A DNA stretch of 64,000 nt, taken from IMG/VR virus record IMGVR_UViG_3300023178_000046, positions 836 to 64,835 of that record; one strand, 5' to 3'. Of this stretch, positions 39,578 to 50,170 are shown one piece after another (the first letter of the stretch is position 1; each line of letters starts with the position of its first letter). The position numbers and the translations under genes are program-made. This DNA is from a virus. Its lineage: Duplodnaviria > Caudoviricetes. The notes beneath the pieces were generated by a model. That model was not told the origin of the DNA. It saw nothing but the letters and a program-made list of their open reading frames with translations, and did not search any database.

Positions 39578-39802
39578 ATGAAAGAAACAGAACTAATAAA
39601 AATCAAGAACAAGGGGATTCAGACACAAGCCAACGTGATCGCACTGCAGCATACTGTAGAGAATTTGCAGAGGCTTTACGTAGGACTACACGAGGTAGTG
39701 AAGAATATGGAGGGCTACGAGAAGGCCTTAGAAGAATTCAAGGAGACTTTCAGTCAAGATTCTGGGACGATGGGTGGAACGAATAGCGAATCAGATGTTT
39801 GA
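39578..39802 (+). CDS. Hypothetical coiled-coil protein
   Basis: ORF track. Confidence 0.6.
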   Translation: MKETELIKIKNKGIQTQANVIALQHTVENLQRLYVGLHEVVKNMEGYEKALEEFKETFSQDSGTMGGTNSESDV

Positions 39803-39971
39803 GATAAGATTTTTTCCAATATATGGTGTTGCGGCAGGGGTCAATTACTGGGACACTTACATGGATTATGACCTAGAGGACTTCAAAGAAGATGGAGAAT
39901 CCGTTCATATATTACAAATTCTTTTGTTTTTATTTGGAGTTTCCGTAATTTGGTACAAGAGCTTAGAATAG
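39795..39971 (+). CDS. Small hypothetical protein
   Basis: MFEIRFFPIYG...LQILLFLFGVSVIW. Confidence 0.55.
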   Translation: MFEIRFFPIYGVAAGVNYWDTYMDYDLEDFKEDGESVHILQILLFLFGVSVIWYKSLE

Positions 39972-40001
39972 CTTTTTTCATATTAATTGTTTGTTTTTAG
40001 T

Positions 40002-40036
40002 GCTCCCATCAGCAAATATAGTTGGTGGGAGTTTTT
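40002..40036 (+). terminator. Intrinsic terminator
   Basis: gctcccatcagc/gttggtgggagt stem (with G-U pairs) plus T tract. Confidence 0.65.
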
Positions 40037-40050
40037 CGTATTTTTACAGC

Positions 40051-40506
40051 ATGAGGTACAACAAGATCATTTATAGCAAAACCCTAACAACAATACAGGA
40101 ATTCATGTACTACGAGTTTCTTTCGGCTAGCAGAATGCTCGATAAACTTGACGATCACTACATGTATGTTCATTTGGTTTCCCATGGGGAAACTTATATC
40201 TCATATTATAAAGATGGCAAAGTGAAAAGACTGGTCAATAAAGAAGAAATGACCATAATGGAGGCCGTAAAATATCTACACCATTCTTTTGGTTTTTTTC
40301 AGGAACTAAGGGAACTTCTTTACTGGAACGGCATCAATAGTTTTAAAAAATACGTACCTTGTACTGGAGAGATTAGAACAGTAGATGGTATTGAGCCTGT
40401 GACTGAAGATGAATGTGTCTTTGCTAAAAACGAAGAAGAAGCTAAAGATCTATTTAAGCAGTCTGGAGTCAAAGGTATACTTTACGTAATAGATATAGAT
40501 GAGTAA
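40051..40506 (+). CDS. Hypothetical protein
   Basis: Probable ATG MRYNK at 40051, after the terminator. Confidence 0.6.
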   Translation: MRYNKIIYSKTLTTIQEFMYYEFLSASRMLDKLDDHYMYVHLVSHGETYISYYKDGKVKRLVNKEEMTIMEAVKYLHHSFGFFQELRELLYWNGINSFKKYVPCTGEIRTVDGIEPVTEDECVFAKNEEEAKDLFKQSGVKGILYVIDIDE

Positions 40507-40783
40507 ATTCCCATGTACATCCTGCGGTGCTTGCTGCAGAAGATTAAACATATTACCAAAAGAGGAAATAGAACAACACGGATTATCTTTAAATGAGAAA
40601 GGCCATTGCACGCATCTTAAAGAGGATAATACCTGTGAAATATATGAAGACAGACCAGATATATGTGTCGTCAATCACAAGAAATGGGGTTTGCCTATAG
40701 ATCAATATCATAAAATGGTTGCTGAAATCTGCAACGAGTGGATGGATGAAGACAATTCGGAATATGAAAGAGTAAAACTATGA
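40499..40783 (+). CDS. YkgJ/CxxCxxCC Zn- or Fe-S-binding protein
   Basis: FPCTSCGACCR...CTHL...CEIYEDRPDIC. Confidence 0.85.
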   Translation: MSKFPCTSCGACCRRLNILPKEEIEQHGLSLNEKGHCTHLKEDNTCEIYEDRPDICVVNHKKWGLPIDQYHKMVAEICNEWMDEDNSEYERVKL

Positions 40784-41229
40784 GAAGGAAGCCAAAGAAT
40801 AGACAAATAACTCGATCATCAAAAGTAAATTATAAAGGTATACAATTTGCCTCCAAATTAGAAATGCACATGTACAAACTGCTGTGCAAAGAAAAAATAG
40901 CAGTAGACTACGAAGGTAAAACATATGAAATAGTTAAGGGGTTTGATTTTGAGGCTGCAAGTTACGAAAAAACTAAGACCAGAAAAGAGTTGCACGATAG
41001 AGGCAATAAAAAGGTGCTTCCAATCAAATATACACCAGATTTTATCGATAGAAATAACCCACCTAGATTCATCATAGAATGCAAAGGAAATCCGAACGAA
41101 GCTTTTCCCCTTCGATGGAAGTTATTTAAAAAGCATCTAATGGATGAAAACATAAAAGCTGCACTTTTGATGCCAAGAAATCAAAAAGATTGCGCAGAGG
41201 TCATTAAAATAATAAAATCACTGATTTAG
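40780..41229 (+). CDS. Endonuclease (T7 endonuclease I/DUF1064-like)
   Basis: GIQFASKLE...YTPDF...IIECKG PD-(D/E)XK motif. Confidence 0.8.
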   Translation: MRRKPKNRQITRSSKVNYKGIQFASKLEMHMYKLLCKEKIAVDYEGKTYEIVKGFDFEAASYEKTKTRKELHDRGNKKVLPIKYTPDFIDRNNPPRFIIECKGNPNEAFPLRWKLFKKHLMDENIKAALLMPRNQKDCAEVIKIIKSLI

Positions 41230-44200
41230 AGTCTTCTTAATCAGTTCATTCATTTCAACTGCGTTTTTTATTTCATTCTTTGTTCTTGTTCTAGAAGGCT
41301 TCTCTTGTTTTTTGAACACAGGAGTTGTTCCTTCATTTTTAAGGCTAACTGGAGGAACTGTGGTCAAATATTTTCTCTCAAGAACACCTCTTAAACCTCT
41401 CTGTAATCTTCTTAAATCACCAGAAGGGATCACTGCGTTTGCTATAGTGATCAAATGCAATATTGCGGCTGCTTTTTCTGCTCCCTCTGTTACATATCGA
41501 TCTTTTCCTAGCGTTCCAAACTTAGGCATCTTTTCATTTGCAAAATAAACACCAGCATTATAAAGGTTTATACCGTCTTCCATCGTTAATTCATATATAC
41601 CAAACAGAGTGGTTAAGTATGTTCCTAAAGTCTCTTGCGAGATTGGCTCAAGATCAGAGCCCAACCCTCTTATGTTTCTATTATATATGTTGAATACATC
41701 TTCGTCTACAATACCAGCATTTTTCAAAGCATTGTTTGTTAATGCTGTACCTATGTCTATTACGCCTGAAGGAAGTGGAATAGGAAGCATGCCTTCGAAA
41801 AGCCCACCTACAGATTCCTTAACCAAATCTCTCTCATAATTATATAGGTCTAACTTATATTTAGTTACCTCATCTGCATTATCATACCCAATAACATCTG
41901 TCCATTCACTTAGATATTTATCAAAATCATCATCCCATCCAACTAAACTTGATATAAGTGGAGTAAGAAGCTCTGCTGTCATGATGCTAAAAATGGGGGT
42001 CAATGCCTTGAAAACTCCTATTTCTGTGGCTGCAGACGCTAGTCTCCTTTTTGCGTTGGCCTTGTCTGAATTAGAAGCATATGTATCATTTAAAATAGAT
42101 AGGTCATTTGCTATACCTACTTTTCTGTTTTGTGCAAACCTACCAAACATAAATGCAACTCTAGAGAAAACCTTTACCATTTCGCTAGCATTAACGCCTC
42201 CAAAAACAGTACCTAGGTCCCAAGCAGCTCCTTGTGTTTGTGATCTTTCAACCTCAAAGTCAGCATGTGCTATAGCTTTTGTATTTATGTTTTTAGACGC
42301 ATACTCCCAGAATTCTTCGTTATTCATGTCTCTGACATCTGGATTGTTTTTGTATTCATAATCCATGTAGTGAGCCAAGAAAGTTGATTTACCTGCATAT
42401 CTATCTGTACTTGCCAATAGTCCTTCAAAAAGACCATCAGTAACATAGTCGATTCCATCGCCCACTTTTTTACTAAATTTAGGCAACATCCAAGAAGGAT
42501 CTTCTATAGCTGCTCTTTCAATAAATCCTTTTTCGAACGCAGTATCTCCGCCCCTTGTTTTAGTCTGACTTTGATCTAAAACGGCTTGATAGAACCTGTT
42601 AGCTTCCATTCTGGGTTGACCCTGAAATGCTGTAAACTCTGCAATTCTATTTGTTAAAAAACTAGCGGCTTCTTTTCCAAGAACAGGAAGTTGTCCGAAC
42701 ATAGCAGAATAACCCTGTTTCAATCGCATATCAAGAGTTGTAAGCCTTGCTGCTCCTGCCGTCTTTGTTGCTAGTCTAGCAAGGTTGCTAGCATAGTATC
42801 CTACATCTCTTTTTAATGGCTCTTTTGATCCGTGAGAGGATAGATATGTGGCAATATTTTTGTTTTTTGATTTAAGTACATCAACCATAAAATCATAATC
42901 AGAACCCATCTTGCCTTTTACAATTCTATTCCTTGTTGTTTGATCAAAAAGATCAGAAAAGTTTTTAGAGTCAATAGCTCCTTCGAACTGATCCATTAGA
43001 GGTCTAACGTCCATGTAAGCTCTTGAATTTTTATAGGTATTTAAGGTTAGCCTAAAAAAGTTTTCTAATGGCAGCCTACCTGATATCGTACCATCAACTC
43101 TTGCTTCTCTAAGGTTAGACGGAACTGTTGCTGATGTAACGTTATACATGTCAGGCAATGAATTAAAATAAGATTCAATATCAGAAGAACCATCGCTAGC
43201 TACGATTTGGTCAAAAATAGTTGGTACATACTCTTCCCACATAGTTGGTTCTTTTCCAAGATGGTGTCTCATAAAAGATGCAATTCTGTCTTTGTCTTTT
43301 CTAAACACATCTCTCAAAAAGTCGATACCCTTTTGCTGATCTTTACCTGCATTATTTTGAGCATCACCATATGTAGAAGCCCTAGATACTAATCTATCAA
43401 AGATTTTTCTATGCATATCATAAAGCTTCTTTCCTTCTTTAGTCTGGTCCTTACCATATGTCTGTTCAATTGCAAGTTGTAGCTCTTTTTTTCTAGCCAA
43501 AAACTGTTCTTGCCTATCTTCTTCTGTTTTTTCGGATTTTAAATCAGCCTTGGTGTACTTCCCTAAATATCCCAGCATACCAATTTCAATCTGAGATTCT
43601 TTTGAAAAGAATTTTTGTTTTCTTTTATCGGTTAGCTGACCATCAAGAAACATCAAGTTATTAAACTCATCTATATCTGCCTGTGTCCCTTGTAGAGACT
43701 GGCTAATAGCAACATTCATTTTATTTGAAAGCTCTAAAAGAGGCATTTTCATCTGACCGTTCTTCAACATCATGCTAATAGCTTGATTTACAGAAGAGAG
43801 TCTGAGACCAGGAATATTGTACCAAGATTCTAGAACAGTTAAAGGAATTATTTTCCCTGTTACATCGGTAGGTTTTGCTAGAGCAATCTTTTTCGCTATA
43901 AGGTCTCCTCTTAAATAATTCGCTAAAGAAACAACACCACTTCTTTCGACATTAAAACCTTCGCCTTCCTTATTTATACCATTCATAAAAGATTTTATTC
44001 TTCTAGCGTATTCAGGAGAAATGTTAGTCTTTTCGTTGTTGTTTCTCAAATAGGAAATAATATCAGATATCTCTTGACTGTTTTCAACAAAAACATTTTT
44101 TGATGGATCAATTCCAACCTTTGGATTCGTAAAAGTACTTCTTAAATTTACTAGAATGTCAGCAGTCGATCTCATTTCTTTGTCAAAATCAGACACTGGG

Positions 44201-47200
44201 GCTAAGTATTCTTGTTCTCTAACAGACATTCTATCAAAAGCAGCGTAATCCTCTGCTGTTGCATTATCAGGATAAACAGTTCTCTCAAAAGACCTCCAAA
44301 CATCAAACTGATCTTTAGTTATTTCACCTGCTTTATACATTCCTTCAACCTGATAATGAGATTGTTTTGAATGTGTGAGTCTTATGGGAACCCCATATTT
44401 ATTTGCCAACTCACTAACAGATTTTTCTTTAAGCACATCAGGCATTCCAGCTAAGTCTTCAGTAAGAGAATTCATGATGAAAAATCTATCAGACGGATCC
44501 ATCTTTGGTAGATACAAATCAATACCTCTCAATCCATTGTCTCTGTTTAGAGGTATGTTTTGAGAAAAAAGAACTTCTCTTTCAATAGGAGTATCTTCCA
44601 TTCTTCTTTCACCCTTTTGTGGCAACAATCTTTTGTCAAAGATGAATCTAGATCTAACATTGTCATCAAAACTTAATATTTCGTTAGACCAGTTCTCTAG
44701 TTCAGTCAGAAAAACAGCGTTTTCGTCATTTTCTGCAAGTCTTTTAGTGGCCTCTTCACCTTTTTGCTTTTTTTGAACGTTAGGCAATTTTATTAACCCT
44801 TCATTAACTACGTCTAGACTTCTACTGTTATGATAAATCAACTGTATATCTTCAGGATCAGGAGCTGCGGTTCTGAACAATTCATCTGTCATTGCAGCTA
44901 CATCAGCTCTTTCTTTGTAACTTAGTTCAGGGTCTAGTCTCTTTAGAACTTTATCTATCTTTTTCTGTATATCTTTTACTTGATTTACTATACCCTCTTT
45001 ATTTACATTTTGTTTTCCAGAATTAAAAGAATCCTTTAGCAAAGCGAGATCCAAATCATATTTTGCTAAATTTCTAAGATCTGTTTCGTTTAGCCCTTTT
45101 CTGGCACGATCCAAATACCTTTCTTTTGTTATCAGGATGTCGTCTTTTAGTCTCCTTAACTCATCCACATCACCCAAAAGACTATATGCTGTAGGGTTAT
45201 CTTTTAATCTTTTTTCGATCTCTATATCATCATTTAATTGTGATTCATTCAGATCTAAAGCATCAAGCATGTTAGCAAATATGTATCTATCTTTTAGATC
45301 TCCCTCTGTTAGCATTTGCTCAGAAACTCTATCAAGCATAATCTCTCTAGCAAAATCATTTCTCTTTCTGAGAGCGAAGTAGCTTATACCAGCAGAAGCT
45401 GCGGTTGATGCAATAGCAACATCCTTCATAGCAGTAAAGTAATCGTCCCAGGAGTAATCTGTCAATCCATTTAAATCATCAATAAACATAGACGAAACAG
45501 CAATTAGATCTTCTTCAAGAACTTCTCTTTTGGTTAGGGTAGTAAACTCTTGCATCGTGCCAGTAAATCCTTTTGCGTAAGACTTCACAATGTCCATTAA
45601 TTCAGCATTAGATGCTTTTTCAGCAAAAGGCTTGACCGCTTTATTTAAGCCTCTAAAATAATTATATGTGAAAGCTCTTGTAAATCCAAATTCTACACCA
45701 GCCTGGGCTAGCGCAAGACCTCTTGCCTTGCTGTAAGACATGCCGCTATATCCAAGAAGACTCTTATCGACAAAACCATACATCTCTTTGGATTTTTCAG
45801 CTAATTCTGAAAACTCTAAATTCTGATTCAATCTTTCTCCGTAAACAGAAAGGCCTGTAAGTGCCAATCCAGCAGTAGGATTTGCTAAAAATGCAAAAGT
45901 AATAGGAGCTGTCTCTCCAACCGTCTGTCCTAATGACAAAGCAAACTGTCTGAAGCTCTCTGGGTCTGATAATGGGGCTGAATCTTCTACATAAGAATCT
46001 CTGATTTTTTTGACCTCATTCCTCATGTATTTGAAAGGTTTTTTATACCTAGAGTCGAACCCTCTATGTATGCGCTCTCTATCCTCATCACTCAACCCAC
46101 CATATTTCATTGCGCTTATACTGGCAAGACCCTCTGTAGCAATACCGACAAAGTCTAATAAAGCCGCAGGAACTTCGGTGGCAATATTTAGTGTTTCTCC
46201 AAGGATAGGATTCATAACCATTTCAACATTATAACCAAAACGATCTCTTACAGAGTTAGGATCATATGTTTGTTTGTCCCAATACCTTGCATATTGTTCT
46301 GTAAGTTTTCTGGTTATTTCCTGCATTGCTTCGCTACCAAAAAACAACTTAGACTCATCCATTACCATATCCAAATCACCACTATGATAAGCGTCTCTCA
46401 TCGTTTCATCCCTAAGAACTTGTTTTGCATAGTTAAGTGAAGCAGGTCTACCATTTATAATTATAGAAGGTAATGTTATGTCTGCTGGATCAAGCAAGTT
46501 GCTCTGAATAAGCTGTCCTATCAAAACTTCTCCGTCTTCATTTGAATCAATAAAACTTTGTAAACCTCCGCTAAGATCTATCATCTTAACAACGCCTTGA
46601 GAAAATCTGTCAATTTGATTTTGTCTAGCATCTAATATTTTATATTGCTCGTCTATAGCATCTTGTATTACTTTGTATTCAGGATTTATCTTCTGGTTTT
46701 TAACAGGTCCTGCTACCGTTCTAGACGTTAAATATGGGTCTGCAGAAAAAGAAGCTTCTTCTGAATACATTGGTATGTCTTTTCTTGCAGATAGCAATTC
46801 GTCAATCTTTGCATTTGCTCTGTTTACTTGATCATTACCTATCTTAATCAAATCGCCATGAAGACCCTCTATTGCAGAAACAGGATCTGTAGTGAACTGA
46901 GTATATCTCTGTGTCCATGGCTCTTGATAAGCGCTTTTCATAAACATCTGAATCTGCTTTGCAGCGTTCTTATTTTTTATGTCATAAGACGAAGTATTAG
47001 GTCTTTTTAGTTGATTGAAACCAACGCCTATTCCTAAACCAACCCCTGCTGTTGTTGTAGCAACAACGTCTCCAATAGTTTGAGATAAATTTCTAGATAG
47101 CTTTATTGGTCCAGACGAGACTTGCTCACCATCACTGGGTCTAGTGTAGGTGATTACAATCTGATCCTTCATGCCCATCCCAGCTTGACTAAATGTAAAA

Positions 47201-48204
47201 TTTAAATCGCCATAATCTTTTGTTAGCTTTACCTCTAACTCTTCTTCACTCAAATCGGATATGTAATCTGATGTGAGTTTGTTGAATAGCTCTTCGGTTG
47301 ATAAAGATCTATAGCTATCTCTGTACTGTGTTTCTTTTTCACTAGCTTTTATAGCGCCTATTGAAAATGCAGAAACATTTAATGCGTTCTCATATTCTTC
47401 AGGACTTATCTGAGCCATGTTTATGCCGCTCTCGTAATAAGACTGTCCTCTTTTTAGAGATTTATCTTGTTTTTCTAAATCTTCTAAAAGTGGAAGTGAG
47501 GCGAACTCTTTGCTCATTTCGACAGAAAACTGTTTCTTGAATTCATCAGGGTTATTTAAAAAATCTTCTCCACCCCTGTCCTTGAAGCTTTGCAAAAACA
47601 GAATGTCTTGATTTTTCTCTGAGAATAAGTCTTCTTCGGTGAGCCCTGACTTTTCCATCTTTTCCCTCATGGTGTCAGGCATATACTGGTATTTACCTAC
47701 AGCACGATACCTACCATTATCGTCTTTGTTTTCTTCTTGCCACTTTAAAACTTCTGAAATAGGCATGTCGACAAAGTTGTATCTCTCTTCTTTGTCATAA
47801 TACCCTCTATATGCATTAGGGTCGTTGTTAGATTCACCCTTAGCTACGAGATGGGAAAACTCTTTTAAGTAATCTTTGTTCTTATGAAATATTGAATCCG
47901 ATGAAGATTCTTCTTGTTCCGAGTTGTATAGAAAATCCGTACGACCTGACAGAACACTTTCCGCAAGCTCTGCAGTGTTCGCAAAAGTCTTTTTTTTTTC
48001 GGATTCCTCTTCTTGCTGATCAGACACAGGCGCTTTGTTGAAATCAATACTTTCTATAAAACCACCCAGATCATCTGCGTTCTCGATGAAAAGAGATTTA
48101 GCCCTTGAATTATATTTTTCTAACAAAAGGCTTTTGTCAGCACTACTGAATTCATTAGGATTCTCAGCATAAAGCTCTCTTAACAATTTTTCGATTTCGT
48201 TCAT
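41218..48204 (-). CDS. Giant internal virion/ejection protein with N-terminal lambda-lysozyme-like domain
   Basis: 2328 aa, mostly helical; GES..Y...AVGKYQYMPDT...FSEKNQD...EFASLP...GQSYY near the N-terminus; follows tail genes. Confidence 0.7.
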   Translation of the reverse strand: MNEIEKLLRELYAENPNEFSSADKSLLLEKYNSRAKSLFIENADDLGGFIESIDFNKAPVSDQQEEESEKKKTFANTAELAESVLSGRTDFLYNSEQEESSSDSIFHKNKDYLKEFSHLVAKGESNNDPNAYRGYYDKEERYNFVDMPISEVLKWQEENKDDNGRYRAVGKYQYMPDTMREKMEKSGLTEEDLFSEKNQDILFLQSFKDRGGEDFLNNPDEFKKQFSVEMSKEFASLPLLEDLEKQDKSLKRGQSYYESGINMAQISPEEYENALNVSAFSIGAIKASEKETQYRDSYRSLSTEELFNKLTSDYISDLSEEELEVKLTKDYGDLNFTFSQAGMGMKDQIVITYTRPSDGEQVSSGPIKLSRNLSQTIGDVVATTTAGVGLGIGVGFNQLKRPNTSSYDIKNKNAAKQIQMFMKSAYQEPWTQRYTQFTTDPVSAIEGLHGDLIKIGNDQVNRANAKIDELLSARKDIPMYSEEASFSADPYLTSRTVAGPVKNQKINPEYKVIQDAIDEQYKILDARQNQIDRFSQGVVKMIDLSGGLQSFIDSNEDGEVLIGQLIQSNLLDPADITLPSIIINGRPASLNYAKQVLRDETMRDAYHSGDLDMVMDESKLFFGSEAMQEITRKLTEQYARYWDKQTYDPNSVRDRFGYNVEMVMNPILGETLNIATEVPAALLDFVGIATEGLASISAMKYGGLSDEDRERIHRGFDSRYKKPFKYMRNEVKKIRDSYVEDSAPLSDPESFRQFALSLGQTVGETAPITFAFLANPTAGLALTGLSVYGERLNQNLEFSELAEKSKEMYGFVDKSLLGYSGMSYSKARGLALAQAGVEFGFTRAFTYNYFRGLNKAVKPFAEKASNAELMDIVKSYAKGFTGTMQEFTTLTKREVLEEDLIAVSSMFIDDLNGLTDYSWDDYFTAMKDVAIASTAASAGISYFALRKRNDFAREIMLDRVSEQMLTEGDLKDRYIFANMLDALDLNESQLNDDIEIEKRLKDNPTAYSLLGDVDELRRLKDDILITKERYLDRARKGLNETDLRNLAKYDLDLALLKDSFNSGKQNVNKEGIVNQVKDIQKKIDKVLKRLDPELSYKERADVAAMTDELFRTAAPDPEDIQLIYHNSRSLDVVNEGLIKLPNVQKKQKGEEATKRLAENDENAVFLTELENWSNEILSFDDNVRSRFIFDKRLLPQKGERRMEDTPIEREVLFSQNIPLNRDNGLRGIDLYLPKMDPSDRFFIMNSLTEDLAGMPDVLKEKSVSELANKYGVPIRLTHSKQSHYQVEGMYKAGEITKDQFDVWRSFERTVYPDNATAEDYAAFDRMSVREQEYLAPVSDFDKEMRSTADILVNLRSTFTNPKVGIDPSKNVFVENSQEISDIISYLRNNNEKTNISPEYARRIKSFMNGINKEGEGFNVERSGVVSLANYLRGDLIAKKIALAKPTDVTGKIIPLTVLESWYNIPGLRLSSVNQAISMMLKNGQMKMPLLELSNKMNVAISQSLQGTQADIDEFNNLMFLDGQLTDKRKQKFFSKESQIEIGMLGYLGKYTKADLKSEKTEEDRQEQFLARKKELQLAIEQTYGKDQTKEGKKLYDMHRKIFDRLVSRASTYGDAQNNAGKDQQKGIDFLRDVFRKDKDRIASFMRHHLGKEPTMWEEYVPTIFDQIVASDGSSDIESYFNSLPDMYNVTSATVPSNLREARVDGTISGRLPLENFFRLTLNTYKNSRAYMDVRPLMDQFEGAIDSKNFSDLFDQTTRNRIVKGKMGSDYDFMVDVLKSKNKNIATYLSSHGSKEPLKRDVGYYASNLARLATKTAGAARLTTLDMRLKQGYSAMFGQLPVLGKEAASFLTNRIAEFTAFQGQPRMEANRFYQAVLDQSQTKTRGGDTAFEKGFIERAAIEDPSWMLPKFSKKVGDGIDYVTDGLFEGLLASTDRYAGKSTFLAHYMDYEYKNNPDVRDMNNEEFWEYASKNINTKAIAHADFEVERSQTQGAAWDLGTVFGGVNASEMVKVFSRVAFMFGRFAQNRKVGIANDLSILNDTYASNSDKANAKRRLASAATEIGVFKALTPIFSIMTAELLTPLISSLVGWDDDFDKYLSEWTDVIGYDNADEVTKYKLDLYNYERDLVKESVGGLFEGMLPIPLPSGVIDIGTALTNNALKNAGIVDEDVFNIYNRNIRGLGSDLEPISQETLGTYLTTLFGIYELTMEDGINLYNAGVYFANEKMPKFGTLGKDRYVTEGAEKAAAILHLITIANAVIPSGDLRRLQRGLRGVLERKYLTTVPPVSLKNEGTTPVFKKQEKPSRTRTKNEIKNAVEMNELIKKTLNQ

Positions 48205-48205
48205 C

Positions 48206-50167
48206 CTATTTTATATTTAATGCCTTTATTAATATTCTTACTGGATCGTCTTTGAATGCCGCTCCTACTTCTTGTTTTGCTTGAGCCAGTCTTATTTGGA
48301 AATTCTTATCAGCTTTAATAAGTCGATTTGTTAAAGCTTGAACCTCAGCCTTATTAAGAGGCTTAGAAACAGACGACATAGTAGTCGATCTTTCAGAAAC
48401 CAAACCAACCCCTCCTTGAGTAATAGCGCTTTGCTTCTGTGGCTGACCTGCTGCCAGGACCTGTGTTGATTGGTATTCAGCCTGACCAACGACTCTAATG
48501 CCCATTGGTATTTTTGTCACTCTGCTTGAATCGAATTCTGTTTCTCCTGGTTTAGGTGTATATCCATGTCTGTATGTGACAGTTATACCGCTAATGTTTT
48601 CCAGCTCTTGTCCTGTAGAATTAGTTTTAACAACCGCTTGCACATCAGCTTTAGAAAGGTTCAATCCTAAAGACATGTGAGATTGTTCCATAGTCTTGTC
48701 CCTGTAAATGTCTTCTAGGCTCTCTGGTCGTCTTTCTTCTCTTGGAGACAATACATTTATTTTTTTTGTATTGCCACTATCATCAGTAACGGTCTGTTCT
48801 CTTTCTACATAGTATAAATCAGGATTGGATTTCTTGAACTGTTGATTACTCATTACCTCATTTATGATTTCTTGATTAGATTTCGATTTAATTTCGTCAA
48901 CCGATTGATTAAATCCTTTTATCTTGTCTTCAGGTGTCTGTGCTTCTGATGACATCAAAAATGCTTTAGTTCCTATCTGATGAAGCATTGCATAATCAAC
49001 ATTGCTCATTTTTTTGCCATACCCTGAAGGATCCAAACTATCTGAATCTTCTGCAGAAATAGATGATCTTTGAACGATGCCTCCAGCATCCCCATAGGTG
49101 CTTACTATTCCTAAAGATCCTGATCCTCCACCTATAGTGCCTTTTCTAACTATCTGTGCATTTTTAGTTGTTTCAACTCCGAAAGTCTCATCTAGGTATT
49201 GAGAGAAACTATCTTTAACTTCTTTAAGCTTTCTAGCATCTTCCTCGTTGTTTTCTGGATCAAAAACTACAGATCCATTAGAAACCCTATATGTTTTTCC
49301 AGAACCACTTCCAGGTTCATACCCCATATGATCATGAAGATAAGAAACAATATCATGTTTACTCATTTCATTTACGAAAGTTTCTTTTAGTTTCTTGTAA
49401 TTTTCTGGTGTATCTACTATATGACCAGTTATTACTGCGGTTGCATTCGCATCATCTAAATCCAATAATTCAGGAGGAAGAAAGTCTTTGTTTTTATTTA
49501 CAAATATATCTCTAAACGTTTTTGCCTCATCAAGCTTGTTGAACATTGCAATGTCTTCTGGGCCACTAGAAACGAATTCTTTAATGTCTGTGGAAACCCA
49601 AACAGGATTGCCCTTTTCGTCTCTCTCACCTCTATCTATAACATAAGATCCGTCTTTTACAGAAATTGAGTTTACAGATCCTCTGCCCATTACCTTTCCT
49701 AGATTGTAGTCCAAAATAGATAATTGAGCTCCAGAAACCTCGTCTCCTTTCTCTGCGATAGCATCTCTTGTATCTTTATAAAATTGTGGAAGTTTTGTGA
49801 ACGATGCTGCAGACCCCATGCTTTTTGCTAATAGCTGATTATAATCATTAACAGTAAAGCCGTCTTTTCCTATTCTGCTTTTAGCTGAATAAATGTCTTC
49901 TCTAACTTTAGACATTAAATCTGCTGCTCCTCTATCAAAAAGCTCGTTTCCTGTTATTGGTGCGTCTGCAAGCTTTATAGCTTCATCAGTTCTTTCCAGA
50001 ACCTGAGCATCTACAGATCTTTTAACCTCTTCAATGTGCTTAACGCCATCAAGGTATAGTTTTCCAAATTCACCGAAATCTTCTTGTATCGGCCCCCCTG
50101 TGGTACTGTAGTCGAATAGGTTTCTATTTCTATAAACCCCACCTAAACCTCTTCTGGAATTAGCCAT
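48206..50167 (-). CDS. Internal virion/ejection protein
   Basis: Position between small and giant ejection-like genes. Confidence 0.55.
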   Translation of the reverse strand: MANSRRGLGGVYRNRNLFDYSTTGGPIQEDFGEFGKLYLDGVKHIEEVKRSVDAQVLERTDEAIKLADAPITGNELFDRGAADLMSKVREDIYSAKSRIGKDGFTVNDYNQLLAKSMGSAASFTKLPQFYKDTRDAIAEKGDEVSGAQLSILDYNLGKVMGRGSVNSISVKDGSYVIDRGERDEKGNPVWVSTDIKEFVSSGPEDIAMFNKLDEAKTFRDIFVNKNKDFLPPELLDLDDANATAVITGHIVDTPENYKKLKETFVNEMSKHDIVSYLHDHMGYEPGSGSGKTYRVSNGSVVFDPENNEEDARKLKEVKDSFSQYLDETFGVETTKNAQIVRKGTIGGGSGSLGIVSTYGDAGGIVQRSSISAEDSDSLDPSGYGKKMSNVDYAMLHQIGTKAFLMSSEAQTPEDKIKGFNQSVDEIKSKSNQEIINEVMSNQQFKKSNPDLYYVEREQTVTDDSGNTKKINVLSPREERRPESLEDIYRDKTMEQSHMSLGLNLSKADVQAVVKTNSTGQELENISGITVTYRHGYTPKPGETEFDSSRVTKIPMGIRVVGQAEYQSTQVLAAGQPQKQSAITQGGVGLVSERSTTMSSVSKPLNKAEVQALTNRLIKADKNFQIRLAQAKQEVGAAFKDDPVRILIKALNIK

Positions 50168-50170
50168 TTA

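Noticed and set aside
41218-48204. Giant protein as a crAss-like virion RNA polymerase
   Set aside because: No convincing DxDxD catalytic motif in double-psi-barrel context (GWDDDFD lies in a C-terminal helical region), and host-type promoters are used.
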